Assembly: GCF_000014265.1 (NCBI RefSeq)
Contig: NC_008312.1
Coordinates: forward strand, 3,570,001-3,602,000
DNA length: 32,000 nt
Source of the DNA: Trichodesmium erythraeum IMS101
GTDB lineage: Bacteria; Cyanobacteriota; Cyanobacteriia; Cyanobacteriales; Microcoleaceae
Direction of reading: 5' to 3'
Part shown: one piece after another, positions 8,315 through 21,689 of the stretch
Layout: each line of letters starts with the position of its first letter
Position numbering within the stretch: position 1 is the first letter of the stretch
Notes under the pieces: model-generated
The model's database searches: none
What the model was told of the DNA's origin: nothing
The model's input: the letters and a program-made list of their open reading frames with translations, nothing else
Made by a program: the position numbers and the translations under genes

Positions 8315-8947
8315 TTAACTACTAGAACGTCTCCGTAATTCTACTATATCTGCCTTAATTGTCATATCATAATTACCAAAGAAGCTTTGTCCAAGCAGCC
8401 CTATTTTTTTATTTGGCGGTGCGATCGAAACATTAAACTCATTAAATGTTAGGCCACCAGCAGAAATAGAACGAACTAAACCTACTCCCATTTCTACACT
8501 GCTACCATCAGCTATAGAATAAGTTTCTTGTGTATAAGGAATAACCTTCAAAGTTTTTGCCATTTCTTGAGTAATAATTGTGTCACTAGCTCCGGTATCT
8601 AAAACCATTGGATAAGTTTGATTACCATTAAACGTAACATCAATTAAGAGAGTACCACCCTGACGACCTTTAATTGGTATTTGGTATATTCCTGCTGTTG
8701 GACTTGAAGTTGATACTTCCCCTGGTAATTCTTCCTGCAACAGACCACAAACTGATGTTGTTAAATCCTTCTTATTTCCAAGTTCATCAACCATAAAGCA
8801 TCCTGGATGTTCTTGAGCGATCGTAGCCGTACAAATTAATCTTGTCAGCAACATTGATGGTACTTGCCAAAAAATGGTTTTAAACCGTTGTTTATACTTG
8901 ATATTATTTTTGTTACTAGAGTTATGCAGTAAAAAAAAATTCATCAT
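8315..8947 (-). CDS. Retropepsin-like (clan AA) aspartic protease
   Basis: It has the VLDTGASDTIIT active-site motif and a C-terminal LLGQSFF motif. The N-terminal region is probably a signal or anchor. The exact start is uncertain. Confidence 0.65.
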   Translation of the reverse strand: MMNFFLLHNSSNKNNIKYKQRFKTIFWQVPSMLLTRLICTATIAQEHPGCFMVDELGNKKDLTTSVCGLLQEELPGEVSTSSPTAGIYQIPIKGRQGGTLLIDVTFNGNQTYPMVLDTGASDTIITQEMAKTLKVIPYTQETYSIADGSSVEMGVGLVRSISAGGLTFNEFNVSIAPPNKKIGLLGQSFFGNYDMTIKADIVELRRRSSS

Positions 8948-9254
8948 AATTACTAAATTTTTTAATAACTTTAATTATTTGCTTACTGTAATATTTATTT
9001 GATGACTATTTATCGATGACTACTAATTAAATTAAATTAGTTTAATCTTATTTTATCTTATTTGAAATATAAGTGTAATTTTCACTTGTGACTGCTACAT
9101 TTTTTCTCAGGATAATAATATATCCTCAATAACCTAAATATTATTCTCAACTGATATTATCTATACTAATCATTAAAATCTCAAACTCAGTTCCTGAATT
9201 AGATATTCTGAAGTGATCTGATTTTTTTTATACTAATTAAATAGAGGAATTAAA

Positions 9255-10409
9255 ATGTCAATCTCAGCTCAACCTGCTTTACTCGTCTTAGCAGATGGAA
9301 CCTCTTACTGTGGCTTATCTTTCGGTGCTCCCGGAACCACCATAGGAGAAGTAGTATTTAACACAGGAATGACTGGTTATCAAGAAGTTCTCACAGACCC
9401 AAGTTATTGCGGGCAAATAGTTACTTTTACCTACCCAGAGTTGGGAAACACAGGAGTTAACTCTGAAGATGAAGAGTCCAACAAACCACAGATTCAAGGT
9501 GCGATCGCTCGAAATATTTGTCCACGTCCTAGTAACTGGCGTTCTACTAAGTCCTTACCAGAATATCTACAAGAGCATAAAATTCAAGGAATTTACGGTG
9601 TAGATACCCGCGCTTTGACTCGGAAAATTCGGACTGTAGGAGCAATGAATGGAGCAATTTCTACAGAAATTCTCAATCCAACTGAATTGCTAGAACAAGT
9701 TCAGTTTGCTCCTAGCATGGCAGGATTAAATTTAGTTCAGAAAGTAACAACTAAAGAAACTTATCAATGGTCTGAACCAACAAACCCAGACTGGGAGTTT
9801 AACCTTTCTGTCTCTGGTAATACAGGAGAAAAATTTACAGTTGTGGCCATTGACTTTGGAGTGAAAAAAAATATCCTTCGACGTTTAGCTAGTTATGGTT
9901 GTCAAGTCATAGTTGTTCCTGCCGATACACCACCAGAAGAAATTCTCAAGCATAATCCTGATGGAATTTTCCTTTCTAATGGACCGGGAGACCCTTCTGC
10001 AGTGAGGGAAGGTATTGAAACTACTAAAGAGTTGCTAAAATCATCTAAACCTGTATTTGGTATTTGCATGGGACATCAGGTTCTCGGTCTAGCCTTGGGA
10101 GCAGACACTTTTAAGCTAAAATTTGGTCATCGGGGTCTTAATCAACCAGCAGGTTTGCAACAACGAGTAGAAATTACTAGTCAAAATCATGGATTTGCCA
10201 TTAATGCAGATTCTTTAGTGGCTGAATTAGAAATTACCCATCTCAACTTGAACGACCAAACTGTAGCCGGTCTAAGGCATAAATCTTTACCCTTATTCTC
10301 AGTACAGTACCACCCGGAAGCAAGTCCCGGCCCTCATGACGCTGATTATTTGTTTGAACGTTTCGTTCAAGCAATGAAAGATACTCGCAAAGTTAAAGCT
10401 TTGAGTTGA
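9255..10409 (+). CDS. carA: Carbamoyl-phosphate synthase small (glutaminase) subunit
   Basis: The 384-aa ORF has the N-terminal [21 protein letters not shown] motif, the catalytic Cys in FGICMGHQ, and [13 protein letters not shown]. Confidence 0.93.
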   Translation: MSISAQPALLVLADGTSYCGLSFGAPGTTIGEVVFNTGMTGYQEVLTDPSYCGQIVTFTYPELGNTGVNSEDEESNKPQIQGAIARNICPRPSNWRSTKSLPEYLQEHKIQGIYGVDTRALTRKIRTVGAMNGAISTEILNPTELLEQVQFAPSMAGLNLVQKVTTKETYQWSEPTNPDWEFNLSVSGNTGEKFTVVAIDFGVKKNILRRLASYGCQVIVVPADTPPEEILKHNPDGIFLSNGPGDPSAVREGIETTKELLKSSKPVFGICMGHQVLGLALGADTFKLKFGHRGLNQPAGLQQRVEITSQNHGFAINADSLVAELEITHLNLNDQTVAGLRHKSLPLFSVQYHPEASPGPHDADYLFERFVQAMKDTRKVKALS

Positions 10410-10491
10410 GCTTAGTTAACTATTACTGATTTGATAATATTTATTAATAGAAATTTATATATACTGGTACGGCTATACTTATTAAAATCTA

Positions 10492-10624
10492 TAAGTAGGT
10501 AAGCCTTAAAATTTGTCACTATGTAACAAAAAGTAAATCTAATCTCAAATCAACTGCCTAGATGAGCTTGTAGTTACCTGACAAAATTTCATATAATTAA
10601 GAAATTTCAGTGCTTACCTACTTA
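10492..10624. repeat. MITE-like element, copy 2
   Basis: It has a perfect 13-bp terminal inverted repeat, TAAGTAGGTAAGC (10492-10504) and GCTTACCTACTTA (10612-10624). The internal TCACTATGTAAC is shared with copy 1. Confidence 0.5.
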
Positions 10625-11064
10625 GATTATGTATTGGCAAATTAGACCATAAGATTAGTTTGTAGTTTAAAACTAGCCCACTGCCTAACCGAATTTCTGA
10701 TAAGTTGTCTAACCTCCAGGCCAAGTAACTCCAACTTCTGTCAGCGCCGACAACCCAATTAACATAAATGTTTCAAAGCTCTTGTAGGCATTAGAAGATA
10801 CTTCCTAAGTAAATTAATCTTACTGTGCATTGTTAATAATTATTAGCACTCATAGTATTGGATCCACCCAATTATTCATGTTAGTTAGGACAGTAAATGC
10901 AAAGCCCATCATTCTAGGATGGAGCTTTCCACCCAAAATTTCGGTAGACTATTGATATTCCCACAATCATATTCAAATTAAAAAAGTAGTCTTATAGTAG
11001 ACATATTTTACTTTTTGAAGTATGATTAGTATTGAATTAAGTAAAATTAAGCTAGGAGGGTGTT

Positions 11065-11475
11065 ATTGCTGATCCTAAGCAATTAAACCTGACTGTTAGC
11101 CTGAGAGGCTCTCACGAAGTCAGGGATAACTACCAGCTATTCCGCCTAACAGGGTTATTAGATGCTTTCTCAGAAGGTAGTTTCACAAAAACGCTGAAAA
11201 CAAAAATTGATAATGGACCAAAAAATATTATTTTGGACTTATCCAAGATAGACTTTGTTGATAGCTCTGGGTTAGGAGCACTTGTGCAACTGGTAAAGCA
11301 TACCAAAGACAAAGAAGGTACTTTGCAAATAGTTTCCAATGCCCGTGTAAAACAAACCGTTAAGTTGGTTCGTTTAGAAAAGTTTTTGTCTTTACGAAGT
11401 ACATTAGAAGAAGCTATCGAAGATATCAAGAACTCTCACCCGAACAAGGCAAAGACAGATGATCAAGACAGATGA
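11065..11475 (+). CDS. STAS-domain anti-sigma-factor antagonist (SpoIIAA-like), with a putative non-canonical start
   Basis: The frame is open from the TAG at 11053. It reads IADPKQLNLTVSLRGSHEVRDNYQLFRLTGLLDAFSEGSFTKTL...ILDLSKIDFVDSSGLGALVQL. The TTG at 11233 used by the track would delete half the STAS fold. A strong AGGAGG at 11054-11059 precedes the ATT at 11065. Confidence 0.6.
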   Translation: MADPKQLNLTVSLRGSHEVRDNYQLFRLTGLLDAFSEGSFTKTLKTKIDNGPKNIILDLSKIDFVDSSGLGALVQLVKHTKDKEGTLQIVSNARVKQTVKLVRLEKFLSLRSTLEEAIEDIKNSHPNKAKTDDQDR

Positions 11476-11955
11476 TCTAATCTAGATAGGTGTTATATCC
11501 CGTCAAAAAACAAAACTCTAGACGGGAGCTGGTTGCCAGTATTAACCTGGCAATTTCTGGCAATAAATCAAAAAAATCTGAGAAAATTTTAATGTAAAAA
11601 AAATTTATAATTGTAGTTAGGAGGTGATTCAATTGTTTGCACTTAAATTTGAGTTAAAACTCAATAAGAAAGAGTGCTCTTTGATGGCCTACTAGGAAGA
11701 TTCTGCCAGATTTGTTTATAACTATGGTTTGAATATGATTAATGTCACTCAAGCCATGACTAAAATCAATAAGTTTAGTAAAGAATTTAGTTTGAGTTAC
11801 AATCAACCCATTTTAGGAGTCAAAACAGTCTTTACTAACTATGTCAAAAAGCAAGCAGAATACTCTTAACGCTGGTAAGACAATAAAGATACCAATATTA
11901 AAGACCTTTCGATTATTTGAATTAGTTGAATATACTACAGCAAGTCAGACTTTTA

Positions 11956-12005
11956 CCGAAAAATTAATATCTAAAACCTCGCCCTTCTAGGTCGACTTTT
12001 TAGTT
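11956..12005 (+). repeat. Dispersed roughly 45-nt motif, copy B
   Basis: CCGAAAAATTAATATCTAAAACCTCGCCCTTCTAGGTCGACTTTTTAG aligns with copies A and C. The downstream GACTTTTTAGTT..TATCAT is also shared with copy A. Confidence 0.55.
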
Positions 12006-12883
12006 GTTTTATCACTAAATAGGTAATCATAAATATTTAGTTGAAAGGTTAAATTATGAAAGGGATATCTGAGTATAGTATTATATCCAACACCAGGGAA
12101 AAAAATACGGAGCGTGCAAAGCTATTTTGCTATCTTTTCTGTGTCAACATTACGCAAATGTGTTTCCTGGAATTAAACCCTAGCTTTCTGTCAATAAAAC
12201 TATAAATTAAGAGAGAAAAAACCTGTTAACTCGCTCGCTACAAAAACAGTTTATTATTCAGAGCTAAAAGGACTAAAGATAGAGAATGATGACCAGAGAT
12301 TTTTATTATACCATTCCAGCAATATTTAAATGATTTAAGTCAAGCTGCTCAAAACTTTTTTAAATCAACCAAAGTTAAGAGGAAAGGAAAAGCTATTAAG
12401 CCTCATAAGTTTTAAACTTGAAAGTCACATACAAACTGCTAGGTTGACAAAAGAGAGGTTTAAAGTTGGTAAGATTTATTTAGCTATAGTTGGAAAACTA
12501 AAAATACTTTGCTTTAGAAAGTTACCGAGTCTTGCATCATCAGTAACTATTATTAAAAACTCTTCTAATAGACATTTTTTAAGTTTTGTAGTATAAATTA
12601 ATCCATAAATCTTAGCTCAAACTAATCATTCAGTAGGCATAGAATTGAGGAATTAAAACTTTTGCTACTTTGAGCGATAGTAATAAAATTGATGCACTAA
12701 AACCAGAAAAAAAACCAGTTAAGAAATAGCCTGCTTCAGAGGAGCTACGAAGGGCGAAAGTTAAGCAAGTTATTATCATAATAAAACTAAAGAGTCTAAA
12801 CGATAAAAAATCCCAGGTTAGAGTCGCTAAACCTTATGGCAAATTTAAAGATACAGGGACAGATTTTCTCTATAAATTATTTA

Positions 12884-12927
12884 CCGAAAAATTGGGGTTA
12901 AAGCCTCGCCCACCCATCGGGCGACAA
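12884..12927 (+). repeat. Dispersed roughly 45-nt motif, copy C
   Basis: The sequence is CCGAAAAATTGGGGTTAAAGCCTCGCCCACCCATCGGGCGACAA, with a perfect 6-bp stem TCGCCC/GGGCGA. Confidence 0.55.
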
Positions 12928-13507
12928 TCCATGTTTAAATAAGATTAGTTCTTTACTCGTTGTGTCTCAGAAAAGAAGCAGATGCCCCAAAGAAGACCCC
13001 CAGGTAACATTCTCATGTTATTCAGATGCCTAGATATTTTATAGATTAGAATATTTTAATGTCAAAGCCATGATGCAAAATAGAAAGTTAGCTCCATCAA
13101 TAGTATGCTAAGGGTTCTATGAATTTAACAAGGATTAACTAAAAGATTAACTGGGGCGAAGCGTTGTGTTAGCTGACCAGTAGCTGACCTTATTCAAAAC
13201 TTATCATAATTACAGTATCATTTACTCAGAACTAAAGCTAAGTGACCCCATCTTTAACTGTCTTCATTGTGGAATAATTGATTATACACAAATATATAGA
13301 CCGGTACTTGAATGTAGCATTAGTTTTGTCCCAATACGAGTTACTTAATCAATTTAGCAGGGCAGGCTCTACCCGAAGTTACTTCTGTTAACCGGAAGTA
13401 GCCTACTCTCCTGGTTGAAAAATAAAGCAAGCATTTTTCACTGGCATAATTGGATATTTCCGAATTTTGCCGTAATTGTTTAAGTTTTATATAGTAAAAT
13501 AATTACT

Positions 13508-13900
13508 TTGCAGCAGTTAAACCCTATCATCCTAACGTCAGCAGAAGTTCAGAAAATTTCACCGTCAGCTTGGGCCTATTTGGGAGATGCAGTTTACGAA
13601 CTGTATATTCGGAATTACTATTTGATACCACCAAAGCGGTCGGGTTATTATCATCAATTAGTTGTGTCCCAAGTCAGGGCAGAAAGTCAAGCTCATCAAT
13701 TACATAACTTAAAACCTCACCTCACTGATGTAGAGTTAGATATTCTCAAGCGAGGACGGAATGCTGCTTTTAGGAAACCAAAAAGATTAGATCCAGAGGT
13801 TTATCAACAGGCTACAAGTCTAGAAACTTTAATTGGGTACCTATATTTGACCGATCCACAAAGATTAAATCAACTACTAAGCTATATAGAATTAGATTAA
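13508..13900 (+). CDS. mrnC: Mini-ribonuclease 3
   Basis: The 130-aa ORF has a TTG start, AWAYLGDAVYELYIR (the RNase III-like catalytic motif) and ILKRGRNA. Confidence 0.8.
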   Translation: MQQLNPIILTSAEVQKISPSAWAYLGDAVYELYIRNYYLIPPKRSGYYHQLVVSQVRAESQAHQLHNLKPHLTDVELDILKRGRNAAFRKPKRLDPEVYQQATSLETLIGYLYLTDPQRLNQLLSYIELD

Positions 13901-14215
13901 AGTCAAAAGTCAGGTTAATATATATTTTTATTATTTTTAGAGTATGGCCAACTAACAATAATGGCTTTAATTGCTAGAGTTTTGAGTAGATAAGGTATTT
14001 TAGCATAAGAGATTTGGTCTTTTAAAATTAAAGTTTGTTGTTAATAAAATACTAAAAAGTAGCAGCTAATTTTATAGTAAAAAAATTTTCAAAAATATGA
14101 GTTACTTATCAAAATCAAATTTGAAATAATTAATCTACAATTGTCTTTTACCTATAACATCTCCCAAAGGGATTCAATAAAAACTATAAGTAGTAAAGCA
14201 AATTTGAAATAACTT

Positions 14216-15082
14216 ATGTCTACAAAAAATTATAAATTCAATTCTCAAGAAAAACCTCAAAAAAATAAACAAATTCAACTAAAAGATGGGCGATCAAAAA
14301 AATATTATTCCCCAACTGTCAAAGAAGAAGATGAGGATCTAATCTACGGACGACACACTGTACAAGCTGCCCTCAAAAGTGAGCGATATTTAAACCGCAT
14401 CTGGATAATTTCTTCTCTGCGATATGATCCCCGGTTTCATATATTGCTGAACGAGGCCAAAACGAAGGGTACAATTATAGATGAAGTAGATGACAGACGC
14501 CTAGATCAAATTACCCGGAGAAAACATCATCAGGGTATAGTAGCTCAAATATGCCCTTATGAGTATAAGGAACTTCACGAATTAATTTCTCAAGCAAAAT
14601 CGAAAACTGATCGCTCTGTATTGCTTGTAGCTGATGGGATAAATGATCCCCATAACTTAGGAGCTATTATTCGCACTGGTGAAGCTCTTGGAATACAAGG
14701 TTTAGTTATTCCGCAAAGACGAGCAGTAGGAATAACTTCCACAGTGACAAAAGTTGCTGCAGGAGCCTTAGAAAATTTTCCTGTAGCTAGAGTTATTAAT
14801 CTTAATAGTGCTTTGGAAGAATTAAAGAAAGAGGGTTTTTGGATATATGGTACTGTCGCGAAGGACGGGGAACCTATCCATACAGTAAAATTCACTGGAG
14901 CTATTGTTTTAGTCGTTGGTAGCGAAGGAGAAGGTTTAAGTCTTCTGATCCAAAAAAATTGTGACGCCTTAGTTTCTATACCAATGTCGGGAAGTACACC
15001 AAGTTTGAATGTATCAGTCGCAACGGGTATGGCTATTTACGAAATTCATCGACAACACTGGTCAAAAAATTTACGTATTTAG
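14216..15082 (+). CDS. rlmB: 23S rRNA (guanosine-2'-O)-methyltransferase, RlmB / TrmH group 3
   Basis: It has an [11 protein letters not shown] substrate-binding N-domain and the SpoU motifs [22 protein letters not shown] and [14 protein letters not shown]. The Lys-rich N-terminal extension makes the start uncertain. Confidence 0.8.
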   Translation: MSTKNYKFNSQEKPQKNKQIQLKDGRSKKYYSPTVKEEDEDLIYGRHTVQAALKSERYLNRIWIISSLRYDPRFHILLNEAKTKGTIIDEVDDRRLDQITRRKHHQGIVAQICPYEYKELHELISQAKSKTDRSVLLVADGINDPHNLGAIIRTGEALGIQGLVIPQRRAVGITSTVTKVAAGALENFPVARVINLNSALEELKKEGFWIYGTVAKDGEPIHTVKFTGAIVLVVGSEGEGLSLLIQKNCDALVSIPMSGSTPSLNVSVATGMAIYEIHRQHWSKNLRI

Positions 15083-15330
15083 CTAGAACTTTGACATAGG
15101 GAAGTCCTTGTAATATGCTACCTAATCAAATAATTATAATTAAATTTGCTAGTAGAATAGAAATTATAAGCATAGGGATCTTGCTTTACTACAAAGAAAA
15201 ACATTTTTATCACTTATTATAATTTTGGGACTAACTACTTCAGCTACTTTGTCATCCCGTGAGGTACTATAATTACCATTTTAAGGGCTGTCTAAACGAA
15301 AACCATTAGGGTTGACTTAGGCCAAACGAA

Positions 15331-16143
15331 TCACACTAACTCTACCCAGTTTTTGATATCTGTTATAACTTGGTGAGGAATTTCCCAAGGAAATAAATGC
15401 GCTGTGTTAGGATAGCATTGCCAAGTAGCATTTTTGAGGTGAAGGGCAGTTTCTTGACTTGACGATAGAGTAATATGCCGATCGCCTGCCCCAGCTAATA
15501 CTAAGCAAGGAGATTGAATCTTGCTTAACTCAGTTAATCTGTTATAACCACCTCTTAAAGCTTTATTCAAGGCTTTAGTAGCAAATCTTGAAGTTTGTAA
15601 ATAAGCCGAAACTGCTTCTTTTGCTAAATATTTATAGGTAGCAGGAGTATGGTGTTGGATGAGATATCTAAATAGCGATCGCTTGCCAAAAGTATCAATA
15701 TTCCATTGCCAACCAGGTAAAAAATAATTTATGACCCCCGCTAAACCTGTATAAAGATTATCCTGCCAAGTTATCGGCGGATGATTACTTCGAGGCCTGG
15801 CAGCTGTAGCTATTAAAATTAAACCTGCGACTTGCTCAGGGTTTCTCAGAGCTAACTCCATGCCAATAATTCCACCTAAAGACCATCCTAATATTAAATA
15901 TCTAGAAATTTGAAGTTGTTCCAGAAGTGTTTCTAAGTCTATTAAATGTTGAGTAATTTCAAAGTTGGTTTTCGTAGAACTTTTCCCATATCCTCTTAAG
16001 TCTGGAGCAATGGTTTGAAAGTTTTGGCACAAAGAGTTAGTAAAGACTGACATACATTGACTATTACCTGGATGTCCGTGAAGACAAAGAATAGGAAAAC
16101 CTTTTCCTTTGAGTTGAAAATGTAGTGTTGATAATGGGAACAT
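15331..16143 (-). CDS. Alpha/beta-fold hydrolase
   Basis: The 270-aa ORF has an LCLHGHPGN oxyanion region, the nucleophile elbow GWSLGG, and a C-terminal His (NTAHLFPWE). Confidence 0.75.
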   Translation of the reverse strand: MFPLSTLHFQLKGKGFPILCLHGHPGNSQCMSVFTNSLCQNFQTIAPDLRGYGKSSTKTNFEITQHLIDLETLLEQLQISRYLILGWSLGGIIGMELALRNPEQVAGLILIATAARPRSNHPPITWQDNLYTGLAGVINYFLPGWQWNIDTFGKRSLFRYLIQHHTPATYKYLAKEAVSAYLQTSRFATKALNKALRGGYNRLTELSKIQSPCLVLAGAGDRHITLSSSQETALHLKNATWQCYPNTAHLFPWEIPHQVITDIKNWVELV

Positions 16144-16555
16144 AAATCTTATTTTGCCACCTAAAATACTTGACCTCAGTCTCCGTTAAATCAAATAATT
16201 AAAAAGTTCAACAATATTCACACTTATCCTTGACAGTAGATATATTATTTTCTCTACACGAGTTGATTCAATATCTAGTAGATTTATTTAAGCAATCTCT
16301 AACTTTGTTGTTTTGATTTACTGTAACCCTAAGCTATATACATATATTATCAATGTAATATAAATATTATAAAGCTTTTTGTACTTAAGTATGTTAATTG
16401 GTTTTTAATCAAATAAAATACTATTGTAATTATCATAGAAAAATTTGTTGTTGTATTGAAAAGCAATATAATAATATTGGTGCGATTTACCAAGAATTCA
16501 AAAGTTAAGCCACAGTTAAGCCACATTGTCAATTTCAAAAAAATTTACTTTTTTT

Positions 16556-17154
16556 AAGCTACTGGGCAGTTTAGAGGGAAAAAAATTCTTGATTTTGCCT
16601 GTAACACAGGTTTTTACACTCAGTTATTAAAACAACAAGCAGCTACCACGGTAGTTGGTGTGAATATCTCAGAAGAGATGCTCAAGGTGGCACGTAAACA
16701 AAAAAAGGAAAAGCCACTGGGTATTCAATACCATCTAGAAAATACGACACAATTGGAGCAGATAGAAAGTTTTGATCTGATTATCTGATCACTGCCGTTT
16801 ATCTTCTGAACTACCCCCAAAACCAGAACATTTGCTCTCTATGCTTGTTAGTGTCTGTAAAAATATGGAAGAGGAAGGATGTTTTGTGGCCTTTACAACT
16901 CATCCAGATTTTAAGATAAGCCAATCAAATCCTACTAAATATGGATTAACGGTACTAAACAAGAATCAATTTCCCAAGGCTACTATTATGAAATTGAGTT
17001 TCACACTTCTTTACCTTTTATAATTGATTGCTGGGGCTGGAATTGGCCTGGTTATGAAGAGGCTGTCAAAAAAGCTGGATTAAAAAATTTGTCATGGCAT
17101 CCAATAGAAATTCCACCTCAAGCAATAGAAGATTACGGAGAGGATTATTGGTAG
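16556..17154 (+). pseudogene. Class I SAM-dependent methyltransferase, 5'-truncated and frameshifted
   Basis: Frame a reads LEGKKILDFACNTGFYTQLL...VVGVNISEEMLKVARKQ...FDLII* (stop about 16785). Frame b reads ITAVYLLNY. Frame c reads LSMLVSVCKNMEEEGCFVAFTTHPDF (track ORF 16832..17023). The last frame reads YYEIEFHTSLPFIIDCWGWNWPGYEEAVKKAGLKNLSWHPIE...DYW*. That makes at least three frame changes, and there is no start codon. Confidence 0.75.
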
Positions 17155-17592
17155 GATTTTTCTGACAATAATCTAATTATTGCTTTAAGTTGTGATAAAT
17201 AATACCAAATACTGAGCTAGAGTTATGAAATTACGGGAGGATAAAATTAAATTTTAACCTCATAAACAAAATTAAACTACAAATTGAGCGAAGCTAAAAT
17301 CCAATCTTTGTTTAAAACCGTGATTTGTAAATAATTCTGTGTAAGTGCGTGTTTAATTTCCTGGGATTTTAAAATGATTTTTTTTAGAAAAAAATAGGAT
17401 TTTTGCAAAATTTATCATAACCACAGCCACTCATTTTACAAATGATATATAGTGCGCAAAAGTCAAACTATTATAGTACAGCTATCTTATCAGCTAAATG
17501 TTTACCTATTTTGAAGATTTAAAAGCTCAAATAACTGAGTTTTCTATTTCTTCCCTTCTAGCTTTTACCTTCCTTATTAACTAGATATAATA

Positions 17593-19920
<2,328 letters not shown>

Positions 19921-20160
19921 CTATTATTTCCTTGCCTCAATTTTCGAGTAGATAGAACCTAGCTTAAAATCATAGGGGAAAATATACAGTAAATTCCAGT
20001 TATTTAACTATTAAATTATCTTAATTTAATAGTTATAAAAGAGCTTAGAAGCTAATTGCTAATTAAGCAATGAAATTACTTAATAATTTCACTCAAAATA
20101 CATCATATATAAATGGTATAAATTGATTTATATGATTCTTAAATTGCTGCCTATATCTAC

Positions 20161-21117
20161 TTATAAATTTAAATCTAAAAAATCACTAAATTTCTTTTCT
20201 ATAGTTGGCAGTTCAATTTTGAAATCTCCATTATGGTGACTTTGATAATCATCATTTTCTGATGTTGTACTATGAAGTTTTGTTTGAGGTCCATGTTCTA
20301 TTTGAAATACATTTGCATAGAGATTAGCAATAATTTGTTTTCCACTTTGAGTTAATTCCAAATAACTAAGAGCAGCAGGAATATAGGGATAAACTCCATT
20401 CCAGTAAAATTTCGCGTAACTGCGTCGGAGATCTCCAGGACATTTATAACCTAAAATTTTATTAGTACCTACTTCTTCAAACTCATAAAACAAAGCACTA
20501 ATTTTGAGCAAATAATTAGGGTCACTTAATTGACCAATTAAATCTGCAGCCCTTGATAACCCAGAAAAATTATTTCTATCTTGATAAGTTTCTGCTTCTG
20601 GAACAGGAAAACGAGTTAATTCAATATTACGTTTAATTTGAGCTGCATCAATTAATCGATGACCACCAAAACGTTCATCTATTGCTAATTTACCCCGGTC
20701 AACATGATAAGGTGTTAAACTAGCCGCCGTACTACCATCTGCCAAAGATACCATCCCACCATCTATTCCAGTAGCATATAGACCTAATAATTCTTGGTCT
20801 TCTCTACATAGTCCTTTAGTATAACCAATATCATGACACAATAAAGAAATAATATAATGTAACCAATCTTCTGGAGAAACACCACCTTCTCGAATGTGCT
20901 TACCCCGCAAAATTTCTTGCCCCACAAGAGTAACTAACATTGTGTGTTCAATATTATGATATAATGCGTCACAATTAGCGATGTTTTCCAAAGCCATATT
21001 TCCGGCCCAGGCAATAATTTCTGGATAGTCTGGTTTAAAGCCACCATAGGTACGATGGTATCCTGCTTGTAGCTCTTTGACAAAAGTCTCTATTAAGATT
21101 TGTGTTGAATTAAACAT
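20161..21117 (-). CDS. HD-domain metal-dependent phosphohydrolase family protein
   Basis: The 318-aa ORF has H...HD signature elements (YHNIEHTMLV, LLCHDIGY). No more specific family is recognised. Confidence 0.55.
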   Translation of the reverse strand: MFNSTQILIETFVKELQAGYHRTYGGFKPDYPEIIAWAGNMALENIANCDALYHNIEHTMLVTLVGQEILRGKHIREGGVSPEDWLHYIISLLCHDIGYTKGLCREDQELLGLYATGIDGGMVSLADGSTAASLTPYHVDRGKLAIDERFGGHRLIDAAQIKRNIELTRFPVPEAETYQDRNNFSGLSRAADLIGQLSDPNYLLKISALFYEFEEVGTNKILGYKCPGDLRRSYAKFYWNGVYPYIPAALSYLELTQSGKQIIANLYANVFQIEHGPQTKLHSTTSENDDYQSHHNGDFKIELPTIEKKFSDFLDLNL

Positions 21118-21689
21118 TACTATTTTTTTGCACTCCAGTATTAAGTGTTATCCTGATAGCTTGAGCTTTAGCAGTTAGCTATTATTAATTGATTAGAACT
21201 TGCTTTTACAATTAATTATTCATTGAGTAGCCAGTCTAAATATCAACAAATTCTTTTTTTTAGTTTGAATATTTTATTGTATACTTAGTTTAAAATTAAC
21301 AAAAATTTATGGCATCGTCAAAATTAAGAGTATGTATTGTTAGGGATAGTTTCAATTATCAGTTAACAGTTATTAGTTATCAGGGTCTTTTACAATAGGG
21401 AGGCAAGAAGATATACAATATTCTTTTTTTACCGCCTTAACAAAAAAGCCTTGAGACCCAAATTTTTAGTTAGGCAAAAAATAAAAGTCAAAAGGCAAAA
21501 ATTTTCGCTTAAAAAGTTTTTTGGTATCTACCAATCTTCTAAATTGAATGAATAACTCTATAATAGACTGAATTCAATAATTTGTGGACATTGAAATTAA
21601 TCAGACTTAACATCCACTAATAAAAAAATATAATGAAAAATATGTAAATACTAATTTCATTGGACAAAAAAGTTATTTAGAAAAGCTTT

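Larger units (their letters stand above)
11633..13400 (+). pseudogene. tnpB: Eroded IS200/IS605-family tnpB (OrfB) gene
   Basis: AGGAGG plus a TTG at 11633 gives FALKFELKLNKKECSLMAY*EDSARFVYNYGL, which matches the typical TnpB N-terminus (YKF.L.PN.EQ......FG..RFVYN). Later fragments lie in shifting frames. They include LQQYLNDLSQAAQNFF, GKLKILCFRKLP..SVTIIKNSSNRHFLSF, DFLYKL, D/EDLNVKxM-like, HCG and DRYLNVALVL. There are many stops and at least two inserted segments. Confidence 0.7.

Noticed and set aside
9315-9497. Track ORF 9315..9497 (-)
   Set aside because: It is antisense within carA.
11130-11429. Track ORF 11130..11429 (-)
   Set aside because: It is antisense to the STAS-domain frame, which has a clear family signature (DFVDSSGLGALV). 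The minus-frame product has none.
14590-14895. Track ORF 14590..14895 (-)
   Set aside because: It is antisense within rlmB.
16350-16538. Track ORF 16350..16538 (-), 62 aa
   Set aside because: It is an extremely AT-rich, Ile/Asn/Phe/Leu-rich product in an intergenic tract, with no RBS or motif. It is most likely a chance ORF.
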